Translations under genes and position numbers: made by a program
DNA from: Candidatus Planktophila sp.
Lineage (GTDB): Bacteria > Actinomycetota > Actinomycetes > Nanopelagicales > Nanopelagicaceae
Direction: 5' to 3'
DNA: 64,000 nucleotides
NCBI GenBank assembly: GCA_009691135.1
Contig: SHVF01000002.1
Coordinates: 7,067 to 71,066 of the forward strand
Notes under the pieces: generated by a model
What the model was told of the DNA's origin: nothing
Seen by the model: only the letters and a program-made list of their open reading frames with translations
Databases searched by the model: none
Shown: positions 51,195 through 63,280 of the stretch, piece after piece
Position numbering within the stretch: the first letter of the stretch is position 1
Layout: every line of letters begins with the position of its first letter

Positions 51195-51587
51195 ATGCGC
51201 GGGTACTTGCCAGTTACAGTCGATGAGATCGCCGACTTTATTAATTCAGGCGCTATGGAATGCGGTCCACTTTATGCTCCCACAATTAAATTTCTAACTG
51301 CGAATAATGACATCGATGATGAAGAAGGCGAATTTTCACTCTCCATGTTAGCCGCCGATGAAGCGCTAGAAATGCGCGCATCAGAAAAAAGTCCCGGCTT
51401 TATCTTGGCGCTAGAAGTTAGCGATCAACAGATATCTGAACATGGTGAAAATTTTGTTAATTTGAAGGAACCGGCGCAGTGGCAGAGTGTGCAATGCGCC
51501 TTCTTAGTTTCCCCAGATGGTGAAGAACTCACTTGGTTTGCAACTCAAGAAATTTCTAACTCACTCAGCGAATGGCTAAAGGCATAA
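51195..51587 (+). CDS. Conserved actinobacterial protein (DUF6912-like)
   Basis: MR.YLP.T, D.EE.E...M.AA and L.WFATQEI motifs. Confidence 0.75.
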   Translation: MRGYLPVTVDEIADFINSGAMECGPLYAPTIKFLTANNDIDDEEGEFSLSMLAADEALEMRASEKSPGFILALEVSDQQISEHGENFVNLKEPAQWQSVQCAFLVSPDGEELTWFATQEISNSLSEWLKA

Positions 51588-53060
51588 GTGATGCAGAGCC
51601 TTGAAACATTCTTGCGTGATCGCAGCCCGCTAGATGAAAACCAACTACGTCGTATCAGAGAATTAACTTCAGATTGGCAATTGCTGGCGGATTTATCATT
51701 CGCAGATTTAATTTTATGGGTACCACTTCGTAAAGATTTTAAGAGTTGGCCAACTGGTTACGTTGCGGTCGCGCACATCAGACCAACGACTGCAGCTACT
51801 GTTTTTCCGCAGGAGGTTATCGGGGACGAAATATCTTGGGGGTCTAGGCCTCGAATCGATCAGGCACTTTCGGGTGCGGAGATTATTCGCGATGCGCAGC
51901 CAGAGAAATTCGGTGAACTACTAATCAAGGAAGAAACCATTCCAGTAATTTTGGATGAACAGGTTATCGCTATAATTTCGCGACATCGCAATGCAGAACT
52001 GATGCGACAACCTAGCCGCCTGGAATTAAATTATCGAGAAGTCGCTCACAATGTTTATCGAATGGTCGCCGAAGGCACATTTCCATATACCGAACATAGC
52101 GAACTCTTTGACCCCGCAGTACGCGTAGGCGATGGGCTCATTCGCTTAGATATAAATGGTGTCATTACTTATGCCAGCCCGAATGCTAAATCAGCATTTA
52201 ACCGCATGGGTTTGGCTGGTGAGTTAGAGGGAAATAATTTAGGAGAAGTTGCGCGAAAGGTATCTCTCGTTAAGGCAGATGCGCATGAAGAGGCAATTGA
52301 AGTTAGTCTCAGTGGAAAATCCTTGCGACGGGTAGAGATCGAAAATCTCGGTGGAACAATTGATTTGATGGCGCTACCTTTACTTGCGGCGGTAGATCGA
52401 ATTGGTGCGATTGTCTTGCTGCAGAATGTGACAGAACTGCGTCGTCGCGAAAGAGAACTCGTTACTAAAGATGCAACAATTCGTGAGATTCATCATCGAG
52501 TAAAGAATAATTTGCAAACTGTTTCTGCGCTACTGCGTCTGCAATCTCGCCGTATTGAAGATCCGGCAGCTAGTGCCGCGCTAAATGAAGCGGTGCGTCG
52601 GATAGCTTCAATTGCCTTGGTACACGAAACCCTTTCCAGTAGTACCGAAGCATCTGTCGCCTTCGATGATGTTCTAGATCGACTAGTCGCACATGCGCTA
52701 GAACTCAGTCCACGTATGGGTGAGTTACAGATTTCTCGTGATGGCGCCCTGGGTTCGCTAGATCCTAGAATTGCCACACCGTTATCACTTGTAGTAACCG
52801 AGTTAATTCATAATGCACTAGAACATGGCCTTGCAATTTCGGGCGAAAATTTAAAAATTGAAGTCAATCGTATGCGCGATGTTGCAACAATAACTATCTT
52901 TGATGATGGCATCGGATTACCTGAAGGATTTTCGCTATCTGAATCAGCAAATTTGGGGCTACAAATTGTGCGCACGTTAACGGAGAATGAGTTAAAAGGA
53001 TCTATAAATTTGGTGCGCACAGATCGCGGCACCGAAGCACAGCTAAAATTCCCGCTTTAG
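51588..53060 (+). CDS. pdtaS: Cytosolic sensor kinase PdtaS (Rv3220c-like; GAF-PAS-HisKA_2)
   Basis: WQLLADLSFADL, REIHHRVKNNLQ and LGLQIVRTL motifs; adjacent to whiB1. Confidence 0.9.
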   Translation: MMQSLETFLRDRSPLDENQLRRIRELTSDWQLLADLSFADLILWVPLRKDFKSWPTGYVAVAHIRPTTAATVFPQEVIGDEISWGSRPRIDQALSGAEIIRDAQPEKFGELLIKEETIPVILDEQVIAIISRHRNAELMRQPSRLELNYREVAHNVYRMVAEGTFPYTEHSELFDPAVRVGDGLIRLDINGVITYASPNAKSAFNRMGLAGELEGNNLGEVARKVSLVKADAHEEAIEVSLSGKSLRRVEIENLGGTIDLMALPLLAAVDRIGAIVLLQNVTELRRRERELVTKDATIREIHHRVKNNLQTVSALLRLQSRRIEDPAASAALNEAVRRIASIALVHETLSSSTEASVAFDDVLDRLVAHALELSPRMGELQISRDGALGSLDPRIATPLSLVVTELIHNALEHGLAISGENLKIEVNRMRDVATITIFDDGIGLPEGFSLSESANLGLQIVRTLTENELKGSINLVRTDRGTEAQLKFPL

Positions 53061-53326
53061 AAGCTGTTGTTCTGTTCCACCAAACGCGCACGATTACGTG
53101 CAGCACGACGCTTAAGTGCACGACGTTCATCTTCTGATAAGCCGCCCCAAACACCAGCATCTTGGCCACTCTCAAGTGCCCAAGCAAGGCAGGCATCTTT
53201 TACAACACAGCGATTACAGACTTTTTTTGCTTCCTCGATCTGAGTCAGAGCAGGACCGGTATTACCTACCGGGAAGAAGAGTTCAGGATCTTCATCACGG
53301 CATGCCGATTGGTGTCGCCAATCCAT
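53057..53326 (-). CDS. whiB1: WhiB1/WblE transcription factor
   Basis: MDWRH..ACRDEDPELFFPVGNTGPA and GVWGGLSEDERR; AAGGAG SD. Confidence 0.95.
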   Translation of the reverse strand: MDWRHQSACRDEDPELFFPVGNTGPALTQIEEAKKVCNRCVVKDACLAWALESGQDAGVWGGLSEDERRALKRRAARNRARLVEQNNSF

Positions 53327-53470
53327 GTTTGAACTCCTTAATGCAAGCGTGGAACAGAAGTAAATACAAACACTACGATGTGCTTAAGTGGATAATTCTC
53401 CCTGTTAACAGCCATATAAACAAGGACGTAGTGAAAATAATTCAGAAAATTTCGGGTGATTTATATCGCG

Positions 53471-53542
53471 TGCCCCCGACAGGAATCGAACCTGTGCACC
53501 CGCCTCCGGAGGGCGGTGCTCTATCCCCTGAGCTACGGGGGC
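53471..53542 (-). tRNA. tRNA-Arg(CCG)
   Basis: GCCCCCG acceptor stem, TAGCTCAG D-arm, CCGCC-CT-CCG-GA-GGCGG anticodon arm, GGTTCGATTCC T-loop; CCA not encoded. Confidence 0.96.
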
Positions 53543-53619
53543 GCAGGTATAGGAGAAGGTTACCCAATCTTGAAAGTTAAATAGAGCGCAATCTGCAAAC
53601 TCCTGAAAGAATGCGAGTT

Positions 53620-54147
53620 ATGACAACGTCAACTGCATACTTTGCAACAGGTTGCTTCTGGGGCGCTGAGCGTCGCTTCTGGAAGATGGCTGGGGTTATT
53701 GATACCAGTGTGGGTTACATGGGTGGTAACACTGCAAATCCAAGTTACGAAGAGATCTGTATTGGCGCCACCGGGCATGCCGAAATGGTGAAAGTAGATT
53801 TTGATCCCAATTTAGTTTCTTATCAGCGTTTGCTCGAAGAATTTTGGACGATGCACGATCCGACTTCGTTAAATGCGCAAGGTGGGGATATCGGTACCCA
53901 ATACCGCAGCTCAATTTATGCAACTAGCGCCGAGCAAATGGAGAATGCGCTCGCTAGCCGCGATATTTATCAATCAGCGCTAGATGCTGCAGGCTTGGAT
54001 CAAATTGTCACTGAAATCCTGCCGGTGCAAGATACAAAATATTATTTTGCCGAGGAGTATCACCAAAAATATTTGGTGAAGAATCCAAATGGATATGACT
54101 GTCACTCCACCACTGGTATCGCTTTCCCAAAGTTGGCGGCAAAGTGA
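53620..54147 (+). CDS. msrA: Peptide-methionine (S)-S-oxide reductase
   Basis: GCFWG, GHAE, GTQYRS and AEEYHQKYL motifs. Confidence 0.96.
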   Translation: MTTSTAYFATGCFWGAERRFWKMAGVIDTSVGYMGGNTANPSYEEICIGATGHAEMVKVDFDPNLVSYQRLLEEFWTMHDPTSLNAQGGDIGTQYRSSIYATSAEQMENALASRDIYQSALDAAGLDQIVTEILPVQDTKYYFAEEYHQKYLVKNPNGYDCHSTTGIAFPKLAAK

Positions 54148-54551
54148 GTAGAAAGAAAATCGAGATTGACGAAGCTACCTTAAAGTCCAAGCTCGATCCG
54201 CTTTCATATGATGTTCTGCGAAATTCCGCTACCGAGCGCCCATTTACTGGCGAATATACCGATTCTGAAACCGCGGGTATTTATCACTGCAAAGCCTGCA
54301 ACTCAGAACTGTTTCGATCAGAGACCAAGTTTCATTCTGGTTGTGGCTGGCCTTCCTTTTACGCGCCAACTGCGGCAGATGCAGTGACGTTAATTGAAGA
54401 TCGATCACTAGCCCCACGCGTTCGAACTGAAGTTCGTTGCGCATCATGTGATTCACATCTGGGCCATGTTTTTGAGGGTGAAGGCTATGACGTTCCAACT
54501 AATCAACGCTGGTGCATAAACTCAGTCTCAATGATCTTGGAAGCCAAGTAA
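54144..54551 (+). CDS. msrB: Peptide-methionine (R)-S-oxide reductase
   Basis: TERPFTG, SGCGWPSF, HLGHVF and RWCINS motifs. Confidence 0.96.
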   Translation: MSRKKIEIDEATLKSKLDPLSYDVLRNSATERPFTGEYTDSETAGIYHCKACNSELFRSETKFHSGCGWPSFYAPTAADAVTLIEDRSLAPRVRTEVRCASCDSHLGHVFEGEGYDVPTNQRWCINSVSMILEAK

Positions 54552-54611
54552 AGTCTTTTTACTTCCGCGCCATCTATCGCCAAGTCAGCCTTAAATGGCA
54601 TACTCACTACT

Positions 54612-55778
54612 ATGCGCGAAAGCCAGATAGTTATTCCATCTCTTGCAGAACTTCAGACCCACCGCAGCGAAAAGTGGCGTGCATTTTCACATGATGTTTT
54701 GCCGCTGCCAGTAGCGGAGATGGATTTCCCCGTTGCGGATCCAATTCGTGAAGTCTTACTCGACATGGTTAAAACTTCCGATCTGGGGTACCTAGGTTTA
54801 ATTCCAGAACTCGGAACTTCATTTGCAGGATTTGCTAAACGACGCTGGGATTGGTCAGTAAATCCACTTCATGTTCGTGCCGCAACTGATGTCGGAGTTG
54901 CAGTAGTTGAACTACTTCGGGTTTTTACAAAACCAGGAGATAAAGTTTTATTTAGTTCGCCGATTTATCAAAATTTCTATACTTGGATGCGCGAAACCGT
55001 CGTCGAAATGGTGGATGTTCCCCTGACGATTGATTCCGAATCGAGTGACCAAACTGGCTGGAGCCACGATTGGGCTGGAATAGAAGCGGCTTATCAAAGT
55101 GGGATTGTCATGCACCTGCTTTGCAGCCCACATAATCCCCTTGGAAAGGTCTATACCCGCGAAGATCTTTTGCGTATCGCAGAATTAGCAAAGCGATATG
55201 GCGTTGTTGTCATCTCTGATGAAATTCATGCACCGCTAACCTACAAAGAGCAACCTTTCATTCCGTTCTTATCGATAAGCGATGCGGCTGCAGAGGTTGG
55301 GATCGCAGTTTCAGCTGCCAGTAAAGGTTGGAATATCGCAGGCTTGAAATGCGCAATCATCATTTCACAATCTGAAAAAATGCATGAGAAGTTAAATGAA
55401 TTACCTCCAGCGTTGCACTATCGCGCTTCCTTACTTGGCGCCTTTGCCACCGTAGCTGCATTTGAAAAAGGCGAACCTTGGCTAGATCAAGCGATAGAGA
55501 TATTGGATGAAAATCGTCAGCTAATTGCCAACCTAATTTCATCACGGATTCCATCAATTAAATATGCAATGCCACACTGCTCATATCTTGCTTGGCTTGA
55601 TGTGAGCGCGCTAAATTTGGGTGAAGATCCAGGGGCTGCACTTATGGCGAAAGCTAAGGTCGCATTTAACTCAGGCCATATCTATGGCGCGCTTGGAAAG
55701 TCGCATGTCCGTTTTAACTTTGCCACAAGCCCTGCAATCATTACCGAAGCGATTGAACGTATCGCAAGAGTTCTTTAA
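54612..55778 (+). CDS. MalY/PatB-type PLP cystathionine beta-lyase / C-S lyase
   Basis: SEKW, PLPVAEMDF, CSPHNP, SDEIH and SKGWNIAGL motifs. Confidence 0.88.
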   Translation: MRESQIVIPSLAELQTHRSEKWRAFSHDVLPLPVAEMDFPVADPIREVLLDMVKTSDLGYLGLIPELGTSFAGFAKRRWDWSVNPLHVRAATDVGVAVVELLRVFTKPGDKVLFSSPIYQNFYTWMRETVVEMVDVPLTIDSESSDQTGWSHDWAGIEAAYQSGIVMHLLCSPHNPLGKVYTREDLLRIAELAKRYGVVVISDEIHAPLTYKEQPFIPFLSISDAAAEVGIAVSAASKGWNIAGLKCAIIISQSEKMHEKLNELPPALHYRASLLGAFATVAAFEKGEPWLDQAIEILDENRQLIANLISSRIPSIKYAMPHCSYLAWLDVSALNLGEDPGAALMAKAKVAFNSGHIYGALGKSHVRFNFATSPAIITEAIERIARVL

Positions 55779-55783
55779 CAAAA

Positions 55784-57331
55784 ATGCCGTTCGATAAGAA
55801 GTACGATGCAATTATCGTGGGTGGAGGTCATAACGGCCTCGTTGCTGCAACATACCTGGCAAAGGCCGGAAAGAAAGTTGTACTTCTGGAAGCCGAGAAA
55901 GGACTTGGGGGAGCAACCACCAGCGTTAAACCATTCCCAGAATTCGAAGCCAAGCTCTCTCGCTATTCGTACTTAGTTTCTTTGCTGCCAGATCAAATCG
56001 TTTCAGATCTTGGAATCAATTTTAAAACACTAGAACGCGCAATTGCTTCCTACACCCCATATTCCAAAGCGGGTAAAGATGGCGGCCTGCTGATATCTCA
56101 AAATTGGGATGAGCGCACTTCGCAAAATTTTCAGGATGCGACCGGATCTGACGCCGAAGGCAAAGCTTGGCAGAAGTTCTATGGAGAAATTGCGGTGCTC
56201 GCCGGACGAATTGCGCCATCGATGCTGCAACCACTAAAAACCGCCAAGCAATTAAATGATGAGATTGGGTTGAGTGATACCTGGAAATATTTAATGGAAC
56301 GCCCAATCGGAGAAGTTATCCGCGAACGTTTTGGGGATGACATTGTGCGTGGCGTGGTCCTTACAGATGCGCTGATCGGAACATTTGCATCTTGTGATGA
56401 TCTTCAAGCAAATCGTTGCTTTCTCTATCACCTCATCGGAAATGGGACTGGGCAATGGCGAGTTCCTCAAGGCGGTATGGGCGCACTGGTACTGGAGTTA
56501 AAACGAGTCGCCATCGCGGCAGGAGTTGAGATTATTCTAAATCAACGCGTTGCGAATATCGATAGCGATATTGCCGGAGTTTCCATCACAACCGAATCTA
56601 GGGAAAAATTTAGCGCGCGCGATCTTCTCTTTGCGGGAGCGCCCCAAACTTTGGCCAAGATAAGTGGTGCTGCGCAGCCGACTTCACTTGAAGGCTCGCA
56701 GATGAAAATAAATATGTTACTCACTAAATTACCAAGGTTGAAATCTGGGATTGATCCGCGATTGGCATTTGCCGGGACATTTCACGTAAATGAAAGTTTT
56801 TCTCAGCTGGAATCTGCCTATCGCAGTGCGAGCGCCGGTTCAATACCAAAGGATTTACCTTTAGAAATGTATTGCCATACTTTGACCGATCCAACAATTC
56901 TTTCACCTGAATTAAGCGCATCGGGATACCAAACTTTGACTTTATTTGCTTTGCACACTCCGGCATCGTTATTCGATAAATCACCAGAGGCGGCTAAAGA
57001 AGTGGCTAAGCAAGCTGCAATAGATAGCCTTAATCAATACCTACTTGATCCAATCGAATCGGTTTTAGCAATTTGCCGAGATGGGTCACTTGCCATCGAA
57101 ACAAAATCACCACTTGATTTAGAAGCCGACATCGGATTGCCGCGGGGAAATATCTTCCATCGTGATCTTGATTTTCCATTTATTGATAGCGCAGCAAGTG
57201 CTGCACAGAAATGGGGATCAGAAACTGAGCAGCCCCATATTTATCTAGCGGGGGCGGGGGCGCGCCGCGGGGGCGGCGTCAGCGGCATTGCCGGACATAA
57301 TGCGGCGATGGCAGTACTCGGTAGCGATTAG
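55784..57331 (+). CDS. FAD-dependent oxidoreductase, phytoene desaturase-like family (COG1233)
   Basis: GGGHNGL, YSYLVSL, P.GGMG, GNIFH and GGGVSG.AGHNAA motifs. Confidence 0.85.
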   Translation: MPFDKKYDAIIVGGGHNGLVAATYLAKAGKKVVLLEAEKGLGGATTSVKPFPEFEAKLSRYSYLVSLLPDQIVSDLGINFKTLERAIASYTPYSKAGKDGGLLISQNWDERTSQNFQDATGSDAEGKAWQKFYGEIAVLAGRIAPSMLQPLKTAKQLNDEIGLSDTWKYLMERPIGEVIRERFGDDIVRGVVLTDALIGTFASCDDLQANRCFLYHLIGNGTGQWRVPQGGMGALVLELKRVAIAAGVEIILNQRVANIDSDIAGVSITTESREKFSARDLLFAGAPQTLAKISGAAQPTSLEGSQMKINMLLTKLPRLKSGIDPRLAFAGTFHVNESFSQLESAYRSASAGSIPKDLPLEMYCHTLTDPTILSPELSASGYQTLTLFALHTPASLFDKSPEAAKEVAKQAAIDSLNQYLLDPIESVLAICRDGSLAIETKSPLDLEADIGLPRGNIFHRDLDFPFIDSAASAAQKWGSETEQPHIYLAGAGARRGGGVSGIAGHNAAMAVLGSD

Positions 57332-57340
57332 GCTTAGCCC

Positions 57341-58465
57341 ATGACATCCCGACACGGATCTGAACAACGTCCAGAGACAATTGCGATTACCGCAGGTCGT
57401 CCTGCACTCACTCCTGATAGCGCGCTAAATCCACCTATCTCACTGAATTCAACATTTACTTCAGGTGGTCCAATCGGTTATGGCCGATATGGCAATGAAA
57501 CTTGGACCGCACTTGAAGCAGCAATTGGTGGCCTTGAAGGTGGACAGACACTTTCTTATTCATCAGGAATGGCAGCAGTTAGCGCCGTGTTTTCAACGTT
57601 GCCAGTTGGCGCCAAAGTTGTGGCATCTAATCAAGGTTATTCAGGGGTAATGACTTTGCTCGGCAACTTATCTGCGGCGAAGAAAATAAAGGCAACGCTA
57701 GTTTCAATTGCAGATACTGATGAAGTCATTGCCGCCCTAGATGGTGCAGATTTGTTATGGCTAGAGTCACCAACTAACCCTTCTTTAGATGTCGCAGATC
57801 TTCCGGCGCTGATCAAAGCCGCTAAAGCACGGAACATAACCGTTGCCGTGGATAACACATTTGCAACAGCCCTTGTACAAAAGCCACTTTCGATGGGCGC
57901 AGACATAGTTATGAATTCAGTCACTAAGTATTTGGCAGGCCATAGCGATGTAATTCTCGGATCACTTTCGACAAATAGCCCTGCGCATTTCAAAGCGTTA
58001 GAAGATGCCCGTAAATTTAACGGTGCTATCCCGGGACCATTCGAAGCATGGCTAGCCTTGCGTGGAATTCGTACCTTCCCAATACGTTTTCAGCGCGCCA
58101 GCGAGAACGCTTTAGAACTCGCTAAACGTCTAAGTGCCCATCCCTTAGTGACCCGCGTGCGTTACCCCGGCCTTCCTGCCGATCCACAACACCTTAAAGC
58201 GAAATCTTTTATGAAGGGCTTCGGCGCCATCGTCTCCTTCGAATATGCTGGTAGCGGGGAAGCCACTGATCGTGTTTGCGAGTCATCAAAGATAGTTACA
58301 TATGCCACCAGCTTGGGCGGTGTTGAATCACTTTGGGAGCGTCGCCGCCGCTGGCCGATCGAAAGCGCCAGCGTTCCTGAGTCTTTAATTCGCCTTTCAG
58401 TTGGTTGCGAAGATGTAGAAGATTTGTGGGCAGATATTGATGCGGCGTTGCAGGCGGCTAAGTAA
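57341..58465 (+). CDS. metB: Cystathionine gamma-synthase / transsulfuration enzyme
   Basis: YGRYGN.T, SSGMAA, ESPTNP, DNTF, SVTKYLAGHSD and SLGGVESL motifs. Confidence 0.8.
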   Translation: MTSRHGSEQRPETIAITAGRPALTPDSALNPPISLNSTFTSGGPIGYGRYGNETWTALEAAIGGLEGGQTLSYSSGMAAVSAVFSTLPVGAKVVASNQGYSGVMTLLGNLSAAKKIKATLVSIADTDEVIAALDGADLLWLESPTNPSLDVADLPALIKAAKARNITVAVDNTFATALVQKPLSMGADIVMNSVTKYLAGHSDVILGSLSTNSPAHFKALEDARKFNGAIPGPFEAWLALRGIRTFPIRFQRASENALELAKRLSAHPLVTRVRYPGLPADPQHLKAKSFMKGFGAIVSFEYAGSGEATDRVCESSKIVTYATSLGGVESLWERRRRWPIESASVPESLIRLSVGCEDVEDLWADIDAALQAAK

Positions 58466-58499
58466 AGAAAGTTTTTCGCTAACGCGGTATTTTGAGCAC

Positions 58500-58652
58500 A
58501 TGAAAATCGTGCGCCGCCTCCTAGCTGTCTTTGCGCTGTTGGCTGTTGCCTTTCAAGCCGTAGGTTCTTTCCTTTCTTGGGCGCAACGTCAAGATGATGC
58601 ACCGGCAGATGCTTGGATTGATGAAGACGAAGATGAACGTGAGGACGCCTAA
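58500..58652 (+). CDS. Small membrane protein with acidic tail (50 aa)
   Basis: MKIVRRLL, a TM segment, then DEDEDEREDA; TATTTT-N6-ATG leaderless signature. Confidence 0.6.
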   Translation: MKIVRRLLAVFALLAVAFQAVGSFLSWAQRQDDAPADAWIDEDEDEREDA

Positions 58653-59036
58653 TTGGCACAAGCCGATTACATTCCCGGTACCTGTAACATCGGTGAAGGC
58701 GAAGTAAATCGCCGACGGGTAGTCGCAGCAATCGGATTTGTCCTATCTCTATCTGCGCTAACTACATTTATCACAACTGATGTTTCACAAAGTGCGCGTC
58801 TTGGAATATTTATACCTTTACTCGTGATGACTATTGGCTGGGTTCAATCTCGTAAGAAATTCTGCTTAGCATATGGATTCACTGGTACATTTAACTTTGG
58901 AAAATTAGGCAACATATCGCGCGTGGCAGACCCAATCGCGCGCGCAGCCGATCGTCGCACTGCGCTAATGATTTTCGTGCAGAGCACACTTTATGCCGCT
59001 GCCTTAACTGCGCTAGTTGTGGTGCTCCCACTTTAA
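58653..59036 (+). CDS. Hypothetical membrane protein
   Basis: 127 aa, three hydrophobic segments, YIPGTCNIG and Q.R..FC motifs; abuts the upstream stop. Confidence 0.72.
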   Translation: MAQADYIPGTCNIGEGEVNRRRVVAAIGFVLSLSALTTFITTDVSQSARLGIFIPLLVMTIGWVQSRKKFCLAYGFTGTFNFGKLGNISRVADPIARAADRRTALMIFVQSTLYAAALTALVVVLPL

Positions 59037-59122
59037 AGTTAATAAAAAGTATCTAGCCCTATATCAAAATTGGCGCTTTGGTGGCATTGTTAGGTAGCAA
59101 GAAAAGCCTAAAGGGAGAAAAT

Positions 59123-59470
59123 ATGAAGATTGTTATTCATGCCCGTCATGCAGAGTTAGCTGCAGATTTTCGCGAAATAGCAGAAGAAAAGATACGCAGC
59201 ATGGACAGATTTAGTGTGACCATTGAAAGAGTAGAAGTTGAGATATTGCACGAACAAAACCCGCGCCAAGGTAAACACTCGCATCGTGTAGTTCTTACAT
59301 CTCATGGTGCAGGACCACTCATGAGAGCCGAAGCTGCCGAGTTCAATGATGTTGCTGCGTTTGATGCAGCAATTAAAAATTTTGAATTACAAATTCGCAA
59401 ACATCATGAACGAGCAAAGTCTCATGGCCGTGAATCTTTACGCAATATGCCGATTGTGGTTAACGAATAG
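59123..59470 (+). CDS. hpf: Short ribosome hibernation factor (HPF/RaiA)
   Basis: MKIVI.ARH.E....FR...EEK...V.VE...E.NPR and AE....AAFD.A...E.Q.RK pattern; GGGAG SD. Confidence 0.8.
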   Translation: MKIVIHARHAELAADFREIAEEKIRSMDRFSVTIERVEVEILHEQNPRQGKHSHRVVLTSHGAGPLMRAEAAEFNDVAAFDAAIKNFELQIRKHHERAKSHGRESLRNMPIVVNE

Positions 59471-59806
59471 CAATCGCGCGAACATCTCAATCGTTTAATT
59501 CAAAACTGTCTCTCTAATATCGTAAGGCACTCTCCATCAAGTGCTCCGGTTGCAATAACGTTGAAAAGCAAAGGCAAAAAAGTTAACTTAATTATTGAAG
59601 ATGGTGGACCCGGATTACCTGAGAGTGCTTACCGCAGCGAGATCGCTGCCATGAATCGTTTTGATCCTTCTAGATCACGCGAAAGCGGTGGCTCAGGATT
59701 GGGTATGGGCATAATCGCGGCCATTGTTCAAGAACATGGCGGAAAACTTGATCTGCGAAAGAGTGAATTAGGTGGCCTAGCCGTTGATGTAGAGCTACCT
59801 AGTTAA
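59471..59806 (+). pseudogene. Isolated HATPase_c (histidine kinase catalytic) domain, in frame after the hpf stop, with no start codon before its N-box
   Basis: HLNRLIQNCLSNIVRH (N box), EDGGPG (G1), RFDPSRSR (F) and GGSGLG (G2). Confidence 0.7.
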
Positions 59807-60706
59807 CTATTTCTTTCGTGAAGTTACGATCAAACTTGAAACAGTTGCAACAGCCAGAGTTCCAACGATTACTAAAAGGCTTTGAGTAATCGAAATATCC
59901 GGAACATGGATTCCAGCAATCTCGTGAATATCTACGGCATGGAAAGCATGGAATAAAAGTTTTACGCCAATAAAGCCGAGTATTACTGAAAGCCCCTTGC
60001 CGATGTAAATAAGTCTTTGCATTAGCCCACCAATTAAGAAATACAGTTGACGAAGACCCATCAGCGCGAAGATATTTGCAGTGATAACCACATAAACATT
60101 TTCGGTTAGGCCAAAGATTGCAGGGATTGAATCAAGGGCAAAAAGAATGTCGGTGAGACCAAGTGCGATCAGCGCAACAGTAAAGGGCTTCATTCCCTTG
60201 GCGCTGAAATAGGCAATTATTTTGCTTTCTTTCTCCTCTTCATGTTCTTGCGAACTTTCGACGAAAAGGTGAACCGCGGTATAAATCAAGAAGGCGCCAA
60301 AGATGAAGAAGATCCATTCAAATTGCTTTATTGCTGCCGCGCCTAATGTAATTGCGATGATTCGAAATACGAGTGCGATCAAAATTCCAAATAGAAGAGC
60401 CAGCTGTTTGCTCTTTTCTTGAATCTTTAAGCGACTCAAAATTATTACAAAGACAAAGAGGTTATCGAAGGAAAGAGAGTATTCGGTGAGCCAGCCGGCG
60501 AAGAACTCTTGTTGTGTCTGTGAGTCTGTCCATGTTCCGAGATAGACTCCAAAACCGATCGCAAGTGAGACATAGAGCAGGCTCCACAGAGACGCTTCTT
60601 TCAGAGATGTTTCTTGGTTGCGGCGAATTACAGCCCAGCTGAAGTCAAATAGAACAACTATGGCAAGCAACGACATCGTCAAAATCCAGGCGCTAGTTGA
60701 GATCAT
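59807..60706 (-). CDS. TerC/Alx family metal homeostasis membrane protein
   Basis: EYSLSFDNLFVF, DILFALDSIPA and NIFALMGLRQLYF motifs; ATG 60706 follows TACGAT-N6. Confidence 0.92.
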   Translation of the reverse strand: MISTSAWILTMSLLAIVVLFDFSWAVIRRNQETSLKEASLWSLLYVSLAIGFGVYLGTWTDSQTQQEFFAGWLTEYSLSFDNLFVFVIILSRLKIQEKSKQLALLFGILIALVFRIIAITLGAAAIKQFEWIFFIFGAFLIYTAVHLFVESSQEHEEEKESKIIAYFSAKGMKPFTVALIALGLTDILFALDSIPAIFGLTENVYVVITANIFALMGLRQLYFLIGGLMQRLIYIGKGLSVILGFIGVKLLFHAFHAVDIHEIAGIHVPDISITQSLLVIVGTLAVATVSSLIVTSRKK

Positions 60707-60747
60707 TGGGAGATCGTAATGGATTAAATCTGCGGTATTTTTGACAC

Positions 60748-63279
<2,532 letters not shown>

Positions 63280-63280
<1 letters not shown>

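Noticed and set aside
53330-53600. tRNA-Arg as an island or prophage integration site
   Set aside because: No integrase, no duplicated tRNA 3' end, and the flanking genes are core.
55784-57331. CrtI for the actinorhodopsin/retinal pathway
   Set aside because: Motifs fit the GGGHNGL COG1233 subgroup, and no crtB/E/Y, blh or rhodopsin gene is nearby.
59468-59476. Pyrrolysine or viral-type UAG-CAR-YYA read-through signal
   Set aside because: The context is UAG CAA UCG (imperfect, and that signal is eukaryotic). No pyl genes are seen and TAG is a normal stop for many genes here.
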